Below are positions 14,401 through 26,300 of a stretch of 64,000 nucleotides of DNA, piece after piece. Made by a program: the position numbers and the translations under genes. The notes beneath the pieces are model-generated. The model ran no database searches. It was not told the origin of the DNA and worked only from the letters and a program-made list of their open reading frames with translations. Position 1 is the first letter of the stretch. The number at the start of each line of letters is the position of its first letter. This DNA comes from Octopus bimaculoides. Taxonomy: Eukaryota. The stretch spans positions 36,014,150 to 36,078,149 of the forward strand of contig NC_068983.1 of assembly GCF_001194135.2 (NCBI RefSeq), read 5' to 3'.

Positions 14401-17400
14401 TGATGAAGATTTCTGAATAAAAACAAAAATATCTGTATGAATTTTATTTTCTGCAAGATGCTTCATCAGAGTTATGCATTGAAACAAATTTTGTGTCTAG
14501 GGAAAGTCATTATATCAATATTGATAGACCCTGGAAGACTTGGGATGAGGTAGTGAAGCACGTCCTTCAAATGTTGGGTCTCACAGAGGCAATGACAAGC
14601 GACCGAGACCTTTGGAGACATGCTATGCTTGAGAAGACCTGGCAAGCCAAGTGAGACCGTAGCTGTGGCCTATGCCAGTCCCACCGGACTGACTCCTGTG
14701 CCGGTGGCTCGTAAAAAGCAGCATACAAGTGTGGTTGATGCCAGTGTTGCCTGACTGGTCCCATGCCGGTAGCACGTAAAAAGGACCATTCAAGTGTGGT
14801 TGTTGTCAGTGTCACTGGTCTGGCTCGGGTGCAAGTGGTACGTAAAAAGTACCATATGAGCGTGGTCATTGTCACTGCTGTCTGACTGGCTCCCATGCCA
14901 GTGGCACATAAAAAGTACAATTCGAGCGTAGTTGATGCCAGTGCCGCTTGACTGGCCCCTGTGCCAGTGGCACATAAAAAGCACCCACTATACTCTTGGA
15001 GTGGCATCCAGCTGTAGAAACCTTGCCAGATAAGATTGGAGCCTGGTGCAGCCTCCTGGCTTGCCAGTCCTCAGTCAAACTGTTCAACCCATGCCAGCAT
15101 GGAAACCGGATGTTAAATGACGATGATGTGATGATGGTTCAATTCCACTCCTTCATTATTAGTTAATTGGTTAAATACCTATCCATTTAACCCATTAACA
15201 TATAAAGGAGTGAAATTGAAACACTGTGTGTGCTATTAATATTAGCATAATGACTCTCCCTTGACACAACAAAATTTGCTTACATGCATGAATTCACATA
15301 AAGAATTGTGAAAACCAAATGCAAAAAGGAAGTAAATCTGTCTGATGTTCACCGATTTGTGTATTATTACATAATGATTTCACCCTTTAGCATTTAAACT
15401 AATTTTATCAAGCCCCAAAATTCTATTGTTTCATGTTAAACCGGTCGAACTTGGCCTCTTACACTACAATGTCATTCTAAAAATACACAATCACATCATC
15501 AAAATCTGAAAGCTACAAGATAATGCATAATTAATTCATAATATTTGTGGAAGATTGATAATAAGCTTGTTGACTTATAGAGTAAAACAAAACATAAAAG
15601 ATGACATTAATTGTCAAGATTATTATTGCAGTATCAAATATGTGGATTAAGAGGGTTTTTTCCTGTTTTACTGCATTCCTAATTCCTTATTTGTAATTCA
15701 ACCTGGATTTGAGTTTGAAAACCACATGGCTCTGGGTTCAGTCCAACTGTGTGGCACTTTGGGCAAGTGTCTTCTATAGCCTCGGGCTGACCAAAGACTT
15801 GTGAGTGGATCTCGTAGATGGAAACTGAAAGAAGCGCGTCATATATATATATATATATATATGTAAGTATGTGTGTGTGTGTATGTTTGTCTCCGCAACA
15901 TCGTTTGATAACCTATGTTGGTGTGTTTATGTCCCTGTAACTTAGCAGTTCGGCAAAAGAGACTGATAGAATAAGTACAAAGCTTACAAAAAATAAGTCC
16001 TGGGGTCAATTTGCTCGACTAAAGCCAGTATGGCTGCAGTCAAACGACTGAAACAAATAAAAGAATAGTTTCATCATCATCATTGTTTAACATCCGTTTT
16101 CCATGCTGGCATGGGTTGGACGGTTTGAGTGGGGACTAGCAAACCAGGAGGCTGCACCAGGCTCCAATCTGATCTGGCATTGTTTTTACAGCTGGACGAC
16201 CCTTCCTAATGCTAACCACTCCAAGAGCGTTGTGAGTACTTTTTACGTGCCACCAGCACAGGATCTAGCCAGGCGGCACTGGTATCGGTCACATTTGGAT
16301 GGTGCTTTTTACGTGCTCCTGGCACAGGAGCCAGTTGGGGTGGGGTGGCTGGCATCAACAAGTTTTGGATGGTGCTTTTTACGTGCTCCTGGCACAGGAG
16401 CCAGTTGGGGTGGGGTGGCTGGATGGTGCTTTTTACATGCCACTGGCATGGGATATTTTGTTTCTGCTTCTTTAGTTAGGCTTAGTGTTGATGTTGATTT
16501 ATGAAATCTGTCCTAATTTTGTGATTGACTTCAGTTTTCCATTTTCTTGATAATTTTTTTTTCTATATTTCTATAGAAAGTCTTTTCCTCAAAGTCCAGG
16601 ACCAATCAAAGCTATGGGAAGTGGTCAGGAAGCTGTAAGTATCTGTTAAGTTACCTGTATATGAAGAGTGTTTTTCTGGGTAACATTTTTCTTTAGCTAG
16701 CTGTTTTATTAAATGGTGTATTGCTGTGGCCAGAGATAATAGGCCAACCTGCTGTTTGATATGGGATAAGAGCAGAACAGGATTCCCTTCTATGTGACTA
16801 GTCATACTTGCAACTAAAGATGGAAAAAAAAAAATGAATTTGTTAGTATTTGACAAACAAAGCCTTAAATAGTTGCTAAAGTATTAAGTTTGTCTCATTA
16901 ACTTTACATTTTCTTTTTCACACGAATGTAACACTAGGGTCTTATCTATGATGGAAATGATTCTATTTCTTGTACTCTGAAAAATCTGTTTAATTATTTC
17001 TATAATCATCATCATCGTTTAACGTCCGCTTTCCATGCTAGCATGGGTTGGACGATTTGACTGAGGACTGGCGAACCAGATGACTACACCAGGTTCCAAT
17101 CTGATCTGGCAGAGTTTCTACAGCTGGATGCCCTTCCTAACGACAACCACTCCGAGAGTGTAGTGGGTGCCTTTACGTGCCACCGGCACGAAGGCCAGTC
17201 AGGAGGTACTGGCAGCGGCCATGCTTGAAATGGTGTATTTTACGTGCCACCTGTACAGGAGCCAGTTCAGCGGTACTGGCAACGAACTCGCTCGAATGTC
17301 TTTTCACGTACCACTGGTACAAGTGCCAGGAAGGCAACGTTGGTAATGGTCCTAAGGTTATGTATATAAAAAAACAAAACATTTAGCATGAAATGTTTCT

Positions 17401-19177
17401 ATTTTGTTCTTCACTCATTTATTACTGTTCTTATTGTAACTCCTGTCCATTGTCTGGAAATCTTTCATCACACATCTGTGACTTCTTCAACGACACCCTT
17501 CGTCTTTGTGTCTGTGCTTCTGCTCCACTTAGTGGAGCAAAAGCACACACGAAGACGAAAAGTGTCGTTGAGTGACAAAAGATTTCTGGACAATGGACAC
17601 GAGTTAGAATAAGAACAGTAAAAAACAAGTTACTGTTTTATTTTTCCTTTAAAGATCCAATGAAAAGCTTTTGGGTTTTGAGAAACTAGTTTGTTTGTTT
17701 AGTTTTAGTTATTATTAATATTTTATGTAAGCAGGCTCATTTCTTTCCAAATCCAACTTTGCTTTTATTTTAAACTGGGTATCAATACCTTCATCTATCT
17801 TGTCCATGTGACAACAATGGATATTGTGTAAAATGAAGTTTGGGTTCAATCCCTCTCTTAAGCACGGAAGATATAGTTCTTGGCAATGAATAATTCAAAC
17901 TGAAAGATAGTGTTTTATAAAACAGAAAATATGAAAGTAATAATATGTAATATATTTTGGTCTTATTTTAAATTGAAAGGAGTGGACAAAGTGCTCCCAA
18001 AAGCCAGAGGTGAAGTTTTCCAGTGCTGGTGTCACTGTAAACACAAATAGTCTGTTTTGTTTCTTTTATAGAAGTTGAATCCAAGATAAGGTGGAAAACT
18101 TCTTTATTGTTGCTTTCACAGTAAACAACAAGACCACTCTTTCACAGAAAGACTATCTAGTTATAGAAATATCCACCCAAAACCACATTCAATACATCAC
18201 AGAAGTGAGATATATGAAAAGATGCGACCTCGGGAGACTGTAAATCTAGAAACGTCAGTACATAGGGTTCCCCAGTTAACATTACATAAAGTTTTGGCTA
18301 AGGCCTTCATTCAGAATAGGCCATGTATCTGCAGGTTTAGGCAGGGTTTTTTTTGTTGTTGAAGACTGGCAGTTACCCATGCATGCAAATCTTCCTTCAT
18401 TGTGTTACTAATGTGCTGCAAGGAAAAGGCCACTGCTTTTAAGGCCAAAACAACATGACACCAGTGTTATTGCCAACATTGTTTGAGCACAAAGGGTGTG
18501 AGAGGCTGGATCTGGGTATTTTAAATACTAATGGTTTATTGATATCATTTAACATCTGTTTTCCATGCTGGCATATGTTGGATGGCTTAACAGGCATTGG
18601 TATGGCCAGGTCCTACATCAGGTTCTATTGTCTGTTTTGCTATGGTTTCTACAGCTCTATGCTTTTCCTAATGCCATCCACTTTACAAAGTGTACTAGGT
18701 GCTTTTTACATGGCACCAGCACTGACAGAGTAATTTTGTTTTAGGTCTGTGATGGTAATGTTTATACAAACAAGAGCAACTTTCTTATCAGATACTGCAA
18801 GGCATCTCATCCAATGCTCCAGTGGTTCCATCAATCCTATGCAAATTGACAGTCATTAAAGTTGGATAGAATGCCAGGTAGTGTTCCAACTTTGTGCTCT
18901 AAGTTCAAATCATACCAAGGCCAACTTTGCTTTGCATTGTTCTGGGGTTATTTAACAAAGGAGTTTAGGCATGCAATTAACTTTCAATAACTTTAGAAAA
19001 ATTTGCCTGAAAGATATTTTAATATGCTAAAGTCTTTTTTTTTTTTTATCCTTCCAGAGTTTAAATCAATTGAGAAGTAAAGCAAAAGCTCTGATTATGT
19101 TTGTTGGAATGTTACCATATCGACTGCCCGGAGATACAAATGCTCGCTTGGTTCAGTTAGAAGTGCAGATGAACTAA
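678..19177 (+). CDS. NUP93: Nuclear pore complex protein Nup93/Nic96, C-terminal 11 coding exons; the 5' part lies upstream of the window
   Basis: GT-AG exons with consistent phases: 678-869, 2895-3021, 4425-4497, 6348-6392, 7168-7284, 8718-8836, 12179-12296, 13534-13617, 13749-13819, 16577-16634, 19058-19177 (TAA). Translation includes [63 protein letters not shown] and [21 protein letters not shown], collinear with the vertebrate Nup93 C-terminus as recalled. Confidence 0.97.
1075..1350 (-). repeat. RTE-LINE 3' UTR copy, representative of ~13 minus-strand copies
   Basis: CATCATCGTTTAACGTCCGCTTTCCATGCTAGCATGGGTTGG... Other copies at ~3320, 11235, 16073, 17005, 18545, 25955, 29285, 41838, 57285, 58020, 58600 and 63754. 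Confidence 0.9.
7525..8426 (-). mobile_element. Tc1-family DNA transposon, frameshifted and truncated
   Basis: Broken frames encode [22 protein letters not shown]...[26 protein letters not shown] and [13 protein letters not shown]. One TIR (CAGGGGTTGGACAAAATAATGGAAACAC on -) abuts TA at 8425 followed by (TA)n. The first catalytic Asp motif has decayed (FSNKSSF). Confidence 0.9.
14530..15130 (+). mobile_element. 5'-truncated RTE LINE: ORF2 C-terminus, ~66-bp tandem UTR array and (GAT)n tail
   Basis: [38 protein letters not shown] runs directly into ~5 UTR units and the common tail. This links the abundant CATCAT/GATGAT-ended repeats to this LINE. Confidence 0.88.
17422..17621. repeat. ~200-bp foldback palindrome in Nup93 intron
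   Basis: Arms are complementary about the centre GCTCCAC-TTA-GTGGAGC (17530), with a ~15-nt bulge in the left arm. Confidence 0.9.
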
Positions 19178-19386
19178 AGTGAAACGTCCAAATTTGTTGA
19201 TCTTGGAGGAATGTAATCTGGAAGAGACTTCTAAATTCTTTCCAAACATTTGTATTTGTAAAGAGGAGGGAAACTGTATGAAAAAAATTTTTACGTATTA
19301 AAACAACCAATTAAAAGTAATAAATCATATATATAATACAATATATATATATATATGTCTTTGTAAGTTGGAATTTTTTTTTTCTA

Positions 19387-19570
19387 TTAACCCTTTAGCA
19401 TTCAGATTATTCTGTCAAATGTCATGTTTATTTATTCACATTGCTTTGAATTAATCCTGTATTATCTCATAGCTTTGAGATATCAATGATGTGATTGTTT
19501 ATTTTTAGAATGACATTGTAGGGTAAGTGTGAGAGGCTGAATCTGGCCAGTTTAAATGCTACAGGGTTAA
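19387..19570. mobile_element. piggyBac-like MITE (TTAA|CCCT...AGGG|TTAA)
   Basis: Ends TTAACCCTTTAGCAT and ATGCTACAGGGTTAA. Relatives at ~15380-15540, 20335-20820 (interrupted by a SINE) and 21230-21430; a second TTAA family at 40285-40514. Confidence 0.75.
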
Positions 19571-20158
19571 CGGTTTATTAATATCATCATTTAATGCCTG
19601 TTTTCCATTGCTCTAGTTGCTCAAAACAACAGCAACATTCATATTGGTATAAATCTTCCTATTTTAACTAGCATATATAAAAGAAAGCAAGAGAAAATTT
19701 ATTTGAAAGTTACACAGATATATCAAATTGAATCTTCATGCAGCCATTAATTCAATGATTTCTATTATATTTCATTTATGGCTTGAACATTATGAAGTTA
19801 AACCCCCCACTCAGTCCTTTTTTGAAAATTTAAGTTTAGGAAGGTAAAATATTTTTGTAAATATTTTATTAGGCACTTTTTTTTCATAAATTTGACTTCC
19901 ATGCAATAAATGTAGGATATCGTATCGTTGTGTATGGCCCCCACCCCTTTTTTGAAAAAAATGAATATAAATGTTAAATCGTTTGGCAGCAATTGTTCTT
20001 TCTTGAATCATTCCATCTATATATAATCTCGGCAGCTACAAGTGACTCAACTTTGGGACTGTTTTCTTAGAAGATTAGTTCCACAAGAAATACTCCAGTA
20101 CTTGGCACAAGTTTAACCTCACCCTTAAAATGAATGATGGTTTTTAAGACAGTTTTAG

Positions 20159-23100
20159 TTAAGAGGTTGGGCCTTCTTTTGAAAATGATGTAACCATTAT
20201 ACCGCCACTTAAATCCACAGTTCGTCCCTCTTTTGCCTGGAGAAAAAGATGAGATTAAGACATGACTTTAGAAAAACATCATTTCAAAAAAAAAAAAAAT
20301 CCTTTTCATTATGCTAACATAGTTGTGATGGTTTTAACCCTTTAGCATTCAGATTATTCTATCAAATGTAATGCTTATTACTCTTTTACTTGTTTCAGTC
20401 ATTTGACTGTGGCCATGCTGGAGCACCACCTTTAGTTGAGCAAATCGACCCCAGGACTTATTCTTTGTAAGCCTAGTATTTATTCTATTGGTCTCTTTTG
20501 CCAAACCACTAAGTGACGGGGACATAAACACACCAGCATCGGTTGTCAAGCAATGCTAGGGGCACAAACACAGACACACAAACATACATATATATATACG
20601 ACGGGCTTCTTTCAGTTTCCGTCTACCAAATCCACTCACAAGGCCTTGGTCAGCCCGAGGCTATAGTAGAAGACACTTGCCCATGGTGCCACGCAGTGGG
20701 ACTGAACCCGGAACCATGTTGTTGGTAAGCAAGCTACTTACCACACCGCCACTCCTTCACATTGTTTTGAATCAATCTCATAAGTTCAAGAAACCAGATC
20801 TGGCCAGTCTGAACATGAAACAACTATAATATTTGAGCCGGAGACAAAGAGTTTCAATGTTAAAGTTCACAATTTGTGTATTTGTACTTACCTTTGCACA
20901 CTTCAACTGACCAACACATGTGGGCATGCTTACAAAGTCAGAAAACAGCACAGCTCCCATGACTTTCGGAAACATATTTTCACACTCAGAGTTGCTGGAG
21001 CATGGAACAAACTACCTACATAAGTTGTTAGTTGCCGAGACATTGCATCCTTTAAAACCTCCATGCTTCCTGAAATTCGCCAACACTACACCTGATATCC
21101 CCCACTCCATATGCATGCAAACATGTATATCATGACTCATGTACATAATTCTATGTACTGTATGTGCACCTTTGATGAGTTGTAGTGCACCTGAGCACTC
21201 TACACAATGATTTCATTGTTATTATTATTAACCCATGTATTTTTTAAAATCAAACTAATGAGATCCAAACTTTCACACTTTCCCTACAATCTCATTTGAA
21301 AAGTAAACAATCACATCATTAAAATCAAAAGGCTACGTGATCATGCATGATTAATTCAAAACAATAAATACAAAAAAAAAAAGAAAAGCATTACATTTGA
21401 GACAGTAATCTGAATGCTAATGAGTTAACGGACATAGTACTGCCAGTTCATAGCTTAGTCCAACAGTTAGTAAATAAGCACCATGCTTAGACAAGTGGGA
21501 GCACTCTACATCCAGCTTTTATTAGCTTGCAATGCTGAGTCCTAGCATTCTTAAGGGTCCACAATACTTACTTAGGTCTGCCATGAGCCCTAGAACTCAT
21601 GAGGACAGAGATCAACCCAGTTTCCAAGACTGGAAAGGGGACTGAAATAAACTCTTCCTTGAAGTAAAAGCCAGTCCATCACAGGGTCAACTCCCCATCT
21701 ATTGCAGGAACTCATTTTCAGATGAGTGGACTGCAACAACATGAGATGAAGTTTGTTGCTCAGGAATGCAATGCACTGCCCAGTTCAGGAATTGAAACCT
21801 CTATCTTACAATACTGAGAGCAACATCCTAACCACTAGACCATGATCCTCCACAGGGTTCATAAGAGAGAATCATTCTTAAAGACAAAGATGTCTAGGTA
21901 ACATGTACCATGCTTTCACTAATTGTATTAGGTACTGATGTAGACACAGAGCACCTATAGGCACCCCCTGCTCTTCACCCAGTGGCACATCCAAGATGTG
22001 ACAGCTGTAGGGAGAGAGAAAGAGTAGCACCAGCACACAGCTGAGTAAACTAGAACAGCATGAAATAAACAGAATGCACACAGCCAGGTCCAGGAACTGA
22101 ATTCACAAGATGAGGAATCTAACCACTCAACCACACACTTTCACTGTCTTAAAATATTCAAGAAAATAATAGACTGACACTCACAGCTTTATAATCCAAA
22201 ATCATTTCTTTGAATGTGAGAAAATCACTGAACGTAAGTAAGAGTTCAAATATTTCTCCTTCTAATTCATTCTTCCGAGCACTGAAAGAAGAGTAAAACC
22301 AATTCAGATGAAATGCTCCTCGAAATAATAGACAGGCTTAAGGATTAGCTAAAATAATAATAGATTTTGCTGTATCTTGGGAGGGTTATTATACCAATAA
22401 ACACATGCACTGTTTCTGTTTCACTTCTTTGTTATTATTAGTCAGTTGGTTAAACATTTAGCTGACTGATTTATGACCAAATGATTAATCAAACAATTGT
22501 TTATTAGTTACATTGGTTAACCGATTGGCTAATGATAACAGTTTCCAATTTCAACAGAGGAACAACAATTTTTTAGGACCGGCTTTGGCAGCATTTGAAC
22601 TCAAAAATGTAAAGACAGACAAAATGTTGCTAAGCATTTTGTCTGGCATGCTAACAACGCTGGCATCTTGCTACCTTCAATTGACTAATAATAATAAATG
22701 AAGTAAAATCGAACTAGTGTGTGTGAAGGCATAATGACCCTCCCAAGATACAAAAAACAAAAAATGTTTCAATACAGAAGTTCACATCAAGAATCTCGCA
22801 AACCAAATACAAAAATGAAATAAATAACATTTAAAAACCAAAAGGATCCACTAAATACTGATTACTCAGCAACTATCCCTTCTTTTTTGTATTTACATGT
22901 TGAAATCTCTGAGAGACTGGTATATCAGACATAGTTGAATGCTTTACAGATGATAACAAGTACAAAACACTGTTTTTACCAAATTTCTCAAGAGAGAACA
23001 AGCTGGGGAGTGTATCCCTTGTAGTTCTGAGTTTATTAATGGCTGTTACCAGGTGTGGCTGTGTGGTACGTAAAAAACACCTTTTGAGTGTGGCCGTTGC

Positions 23101-23355
23101 CAGTACCGTGTGACTGGCCCTCATGCCGGTGGCACGTAAAAACACCCACTACACTCTCGGAGTGGTTGGCATTAGGAAGGGCATCCAGCTGTAGAAACTC
23201 TGCCAGATCAGATTGGAGTCTGGTGCAGCCTTTTAGCTCGCCAATCCTCAGTCAAATCATCCAACCCATGCCAGCATGGAAAGCGGACGTTAAATAACGA
23301 TGCTGATGATGATTCCAGGTTCAGTAGAAAGATACAGAAGAAAGCCTGTCATATA

Positions 23356-23388
<33 letters not shown>

Positions 23389-26300
23389 TTCAGCTATTTC
23401 TTCTTCCTACTTGTGGAGAGTTGCTCAAACTTTCTTAAGAAACAGCAGGTTACACCAGAGTAAGCACATGAATGTGAAACAAGGTGGGAAAAATAGTACT
23501 CGAATATAAGTGGTAGAGTAATATGCTTTATTAATAAAGCTGTAAAGACATCACAAAAACTGTTACTCAGAGTTCCAGACTCCTATTCGTTGGACAAAAC
23601 TGTCCATCAAACAGGTGTGTCATTATCTGACGTGAAGCTCCGAGTAACAGTTTTTGTGATGTCTTTACAGCTTTATTAAGATAGCTGGCAGAAATGTTAG
23701 CACGCTGACCGAAATGCTTAGTGGTGTTCTGTCTGTCTTTACATTCTGAGTTCAAATTCCACCGAGGTTGACTTTGCCTTTCATCCTTTTGAGGTCGATA
23801 AATTAAGTACCAGTTGTGTACTAGGGTCGATCTAAGCAACTGGCCCCCTACCCAAAAATTTCAGGCCTTGTGCCTAGAGTACAAAAGAATAAAGCATATT
23901 ACTCTACCTCTGGTATTCAAGTACTATTTTTTCCACCTTGTTTCACATTTATGTACTTACTCTGGTATATATGTATGTACATTCACATATAAATGTGTGT
24001 CTTTGTATTTTTGTCTTCCACAACCAGTATTGGTGTGCTAACTTACATTCCTGTCACTATGTTGTTCAGCAAAACAGACTGGCAGAATAAGTATCATGCA
24101 TTAAAAAATAAGTCCTGGAGTCAATTCATTCAACTAAAAACTCTTGAAGATTGTGCACCAGCATGGTTACAGTCTAATGATTGAAACAAGTTACAGATAT
24201 TTGAGATCTTGGAAGCACTTATTGTTTGATCCAGTTTAGACCTGACCCAGCAAAGTTTTAATTAAAGCTACTCCAACAGTGACTAACTAGTTTCTTTCTT
24301 TGAGATACAGTCTATCAAAAACTACATTATCCAGCACGTCCTTCTGTTTGTATGAAAACGGGATGTGATCTGAGGAAGATTTGGCTATTATTTTTAGCAG
24401 GTTAAGGCTTCCTTTATTTGGCACAATGAGTGCTTATTTAAATAGTAACAGAGCTTCATATGATCACAACATTTAGAGTAAACACTTGTATGCTCAAAGT
24501 GCTGCTGTACTCTTTTTCTGAAATGAAGTAGTCAATGTCTCATGGTCCCACTGCAGCAGCAGAGCTACCCAGGGCTACCAATTGATGTTAGTGACAAGGA
24601 TCGCTAGTGTTTATTTTAATAGCTAGGTGGACAGAAAAAGTGTAATAGAAACAGGATACAATGCAACATCAATAGACTGGTGACCCTTAATTGTTCAACA
24701 ATTCAGACATATTCTTGAAGCTTGCAACTTACATCATCTGGTGCATGAATTCAGACATGGAAAACTGTGGCACTTTGCTTACAAGGCGCTCACTGAGGTA
24801 TTTTTCCACAAGGTTTATCTGAAAAGTAATAATATGATCGATTAATTTATGGTTGAATTGGTGTGAATTATAGTACTAGGATGAGGGAAAAAGTTTGTGC
24901 GCCATGAGTCACCATTGAACATGATATGAACTGAATGAACACACACACCACAAAAATATATAAAAAAGCATTATTTTAACACTGCACACGAACTTTTTCT
25001 TCAACCTAATATATATATAAGTTTCAAATGTGTATTTCATAGAAGAAAGCAAAACAACTATTCAACTTACATATTCTCTGTGTATATCTGTGTAAATGAA
25101 TTTATTCTCTTCTGTATCAATAAATTCATGAAAATATCTCTCTAAAAAATTATGCTGTAACATTTGAAATTCCTCCTCTGAAAGTAGAATATCAATAAAT
25201 TTCATATTTTAGCAATATTTCAAAGCAACATTGAATATATGAAATCAAGTGAGAGATAGATAATGATTACAAAGAAACACTGAAGTATTTTAAATGAAAT
25301 ATTTCAGAAAATGCTGTTGGATTACTTACACTGGTGATGGTGCCGTGTAAAAAGCACTGGTGACGGTGCCACATAAAAAGCACTGGTGATGGTATCATGT
25401 AAAAAGCACTGATGATAGTGCCATGTAAAAAGCACCCAGTACATGCTTGTAAAGTGGTTGGTGTTAGGAAGGGCATCCAGCAGTATAAATCAAGCCAAAA
25501 CAGATGATGGAACCTGGTGCAGCCCCTGGCCTTGTCAGTTCCTGTCAGGCCATCCAACCCATGCCAGCATAGAAAACAGGTATTAAATGATGATGATACT
25601 TATTTCTAGCAAAGGCATAAAGCCTCAAATGTGGAGAGAGAGAGTACAGTTAAGATTGACTCTAGGTTCCTGACTGGTATTTATTACATTGTTCCAAGAA
25701 GGGCTAAGTTGACCTTGGCAAGATTTGAAATTAGAAATGAAAGAGATCAATTTTCACCACTTCCTTCCACATCTCCCTCTTCCAAAGGTTCTATTTCCTC
25801 TGTGGAAATTAGCACTTCTTAATAGAATTGCTCTCTTCCATATGTATCACATGCTCATACCAATGTAGTCATCTCTCTTGCATACAATATCTGATTCTTC
25901 TTATATCAATATAAAAAATATAAAAGAAATGACAGTAAAATTAACATATCACTTATCATCATTGTTTAACGTCCGCTTTCCATGCTAGCATGGGTTGGAC
26001 GATTTGATTGAGGACTGGCAAACAAGAAGGCTGCATCAGGCTCCAATCTGATCTGGCAGAGTTTCTACAGCTGGATACCCTTCCTAATGCCAACCACTCC
26101 GAGAATGTAGTGGGTGCAGCCAACAGAAACCATATGGCCTTAAGTTTAGTCCCAACGGCCACACTCAAATGGTGTTTTTTACGTGCCACCTGCACAGGAG
26201 CCAGTCCAGCGGCACTGGCAACGACCTCACTCGAATGTTTTGTTCACGTGCCAGTAAGGCGACACTGGATATCACTATAATATATAATTAAAAACTACAA

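Noticed and set aside
22980-23050. Minus-strand exon-like stretch AINKLRTTRDTLPSLFSLEKFG
   Set aside because: ARL2BP is complete without it, there is no pyrimidine tract, and it abuts a LINE tail.
25640-25900. Possible extra ARL2BP exon
   Set aside because: The minus strand reads as a decayed RTE C-terminus (WYEHVIHMEE...WKEVVKIDL) with stops.
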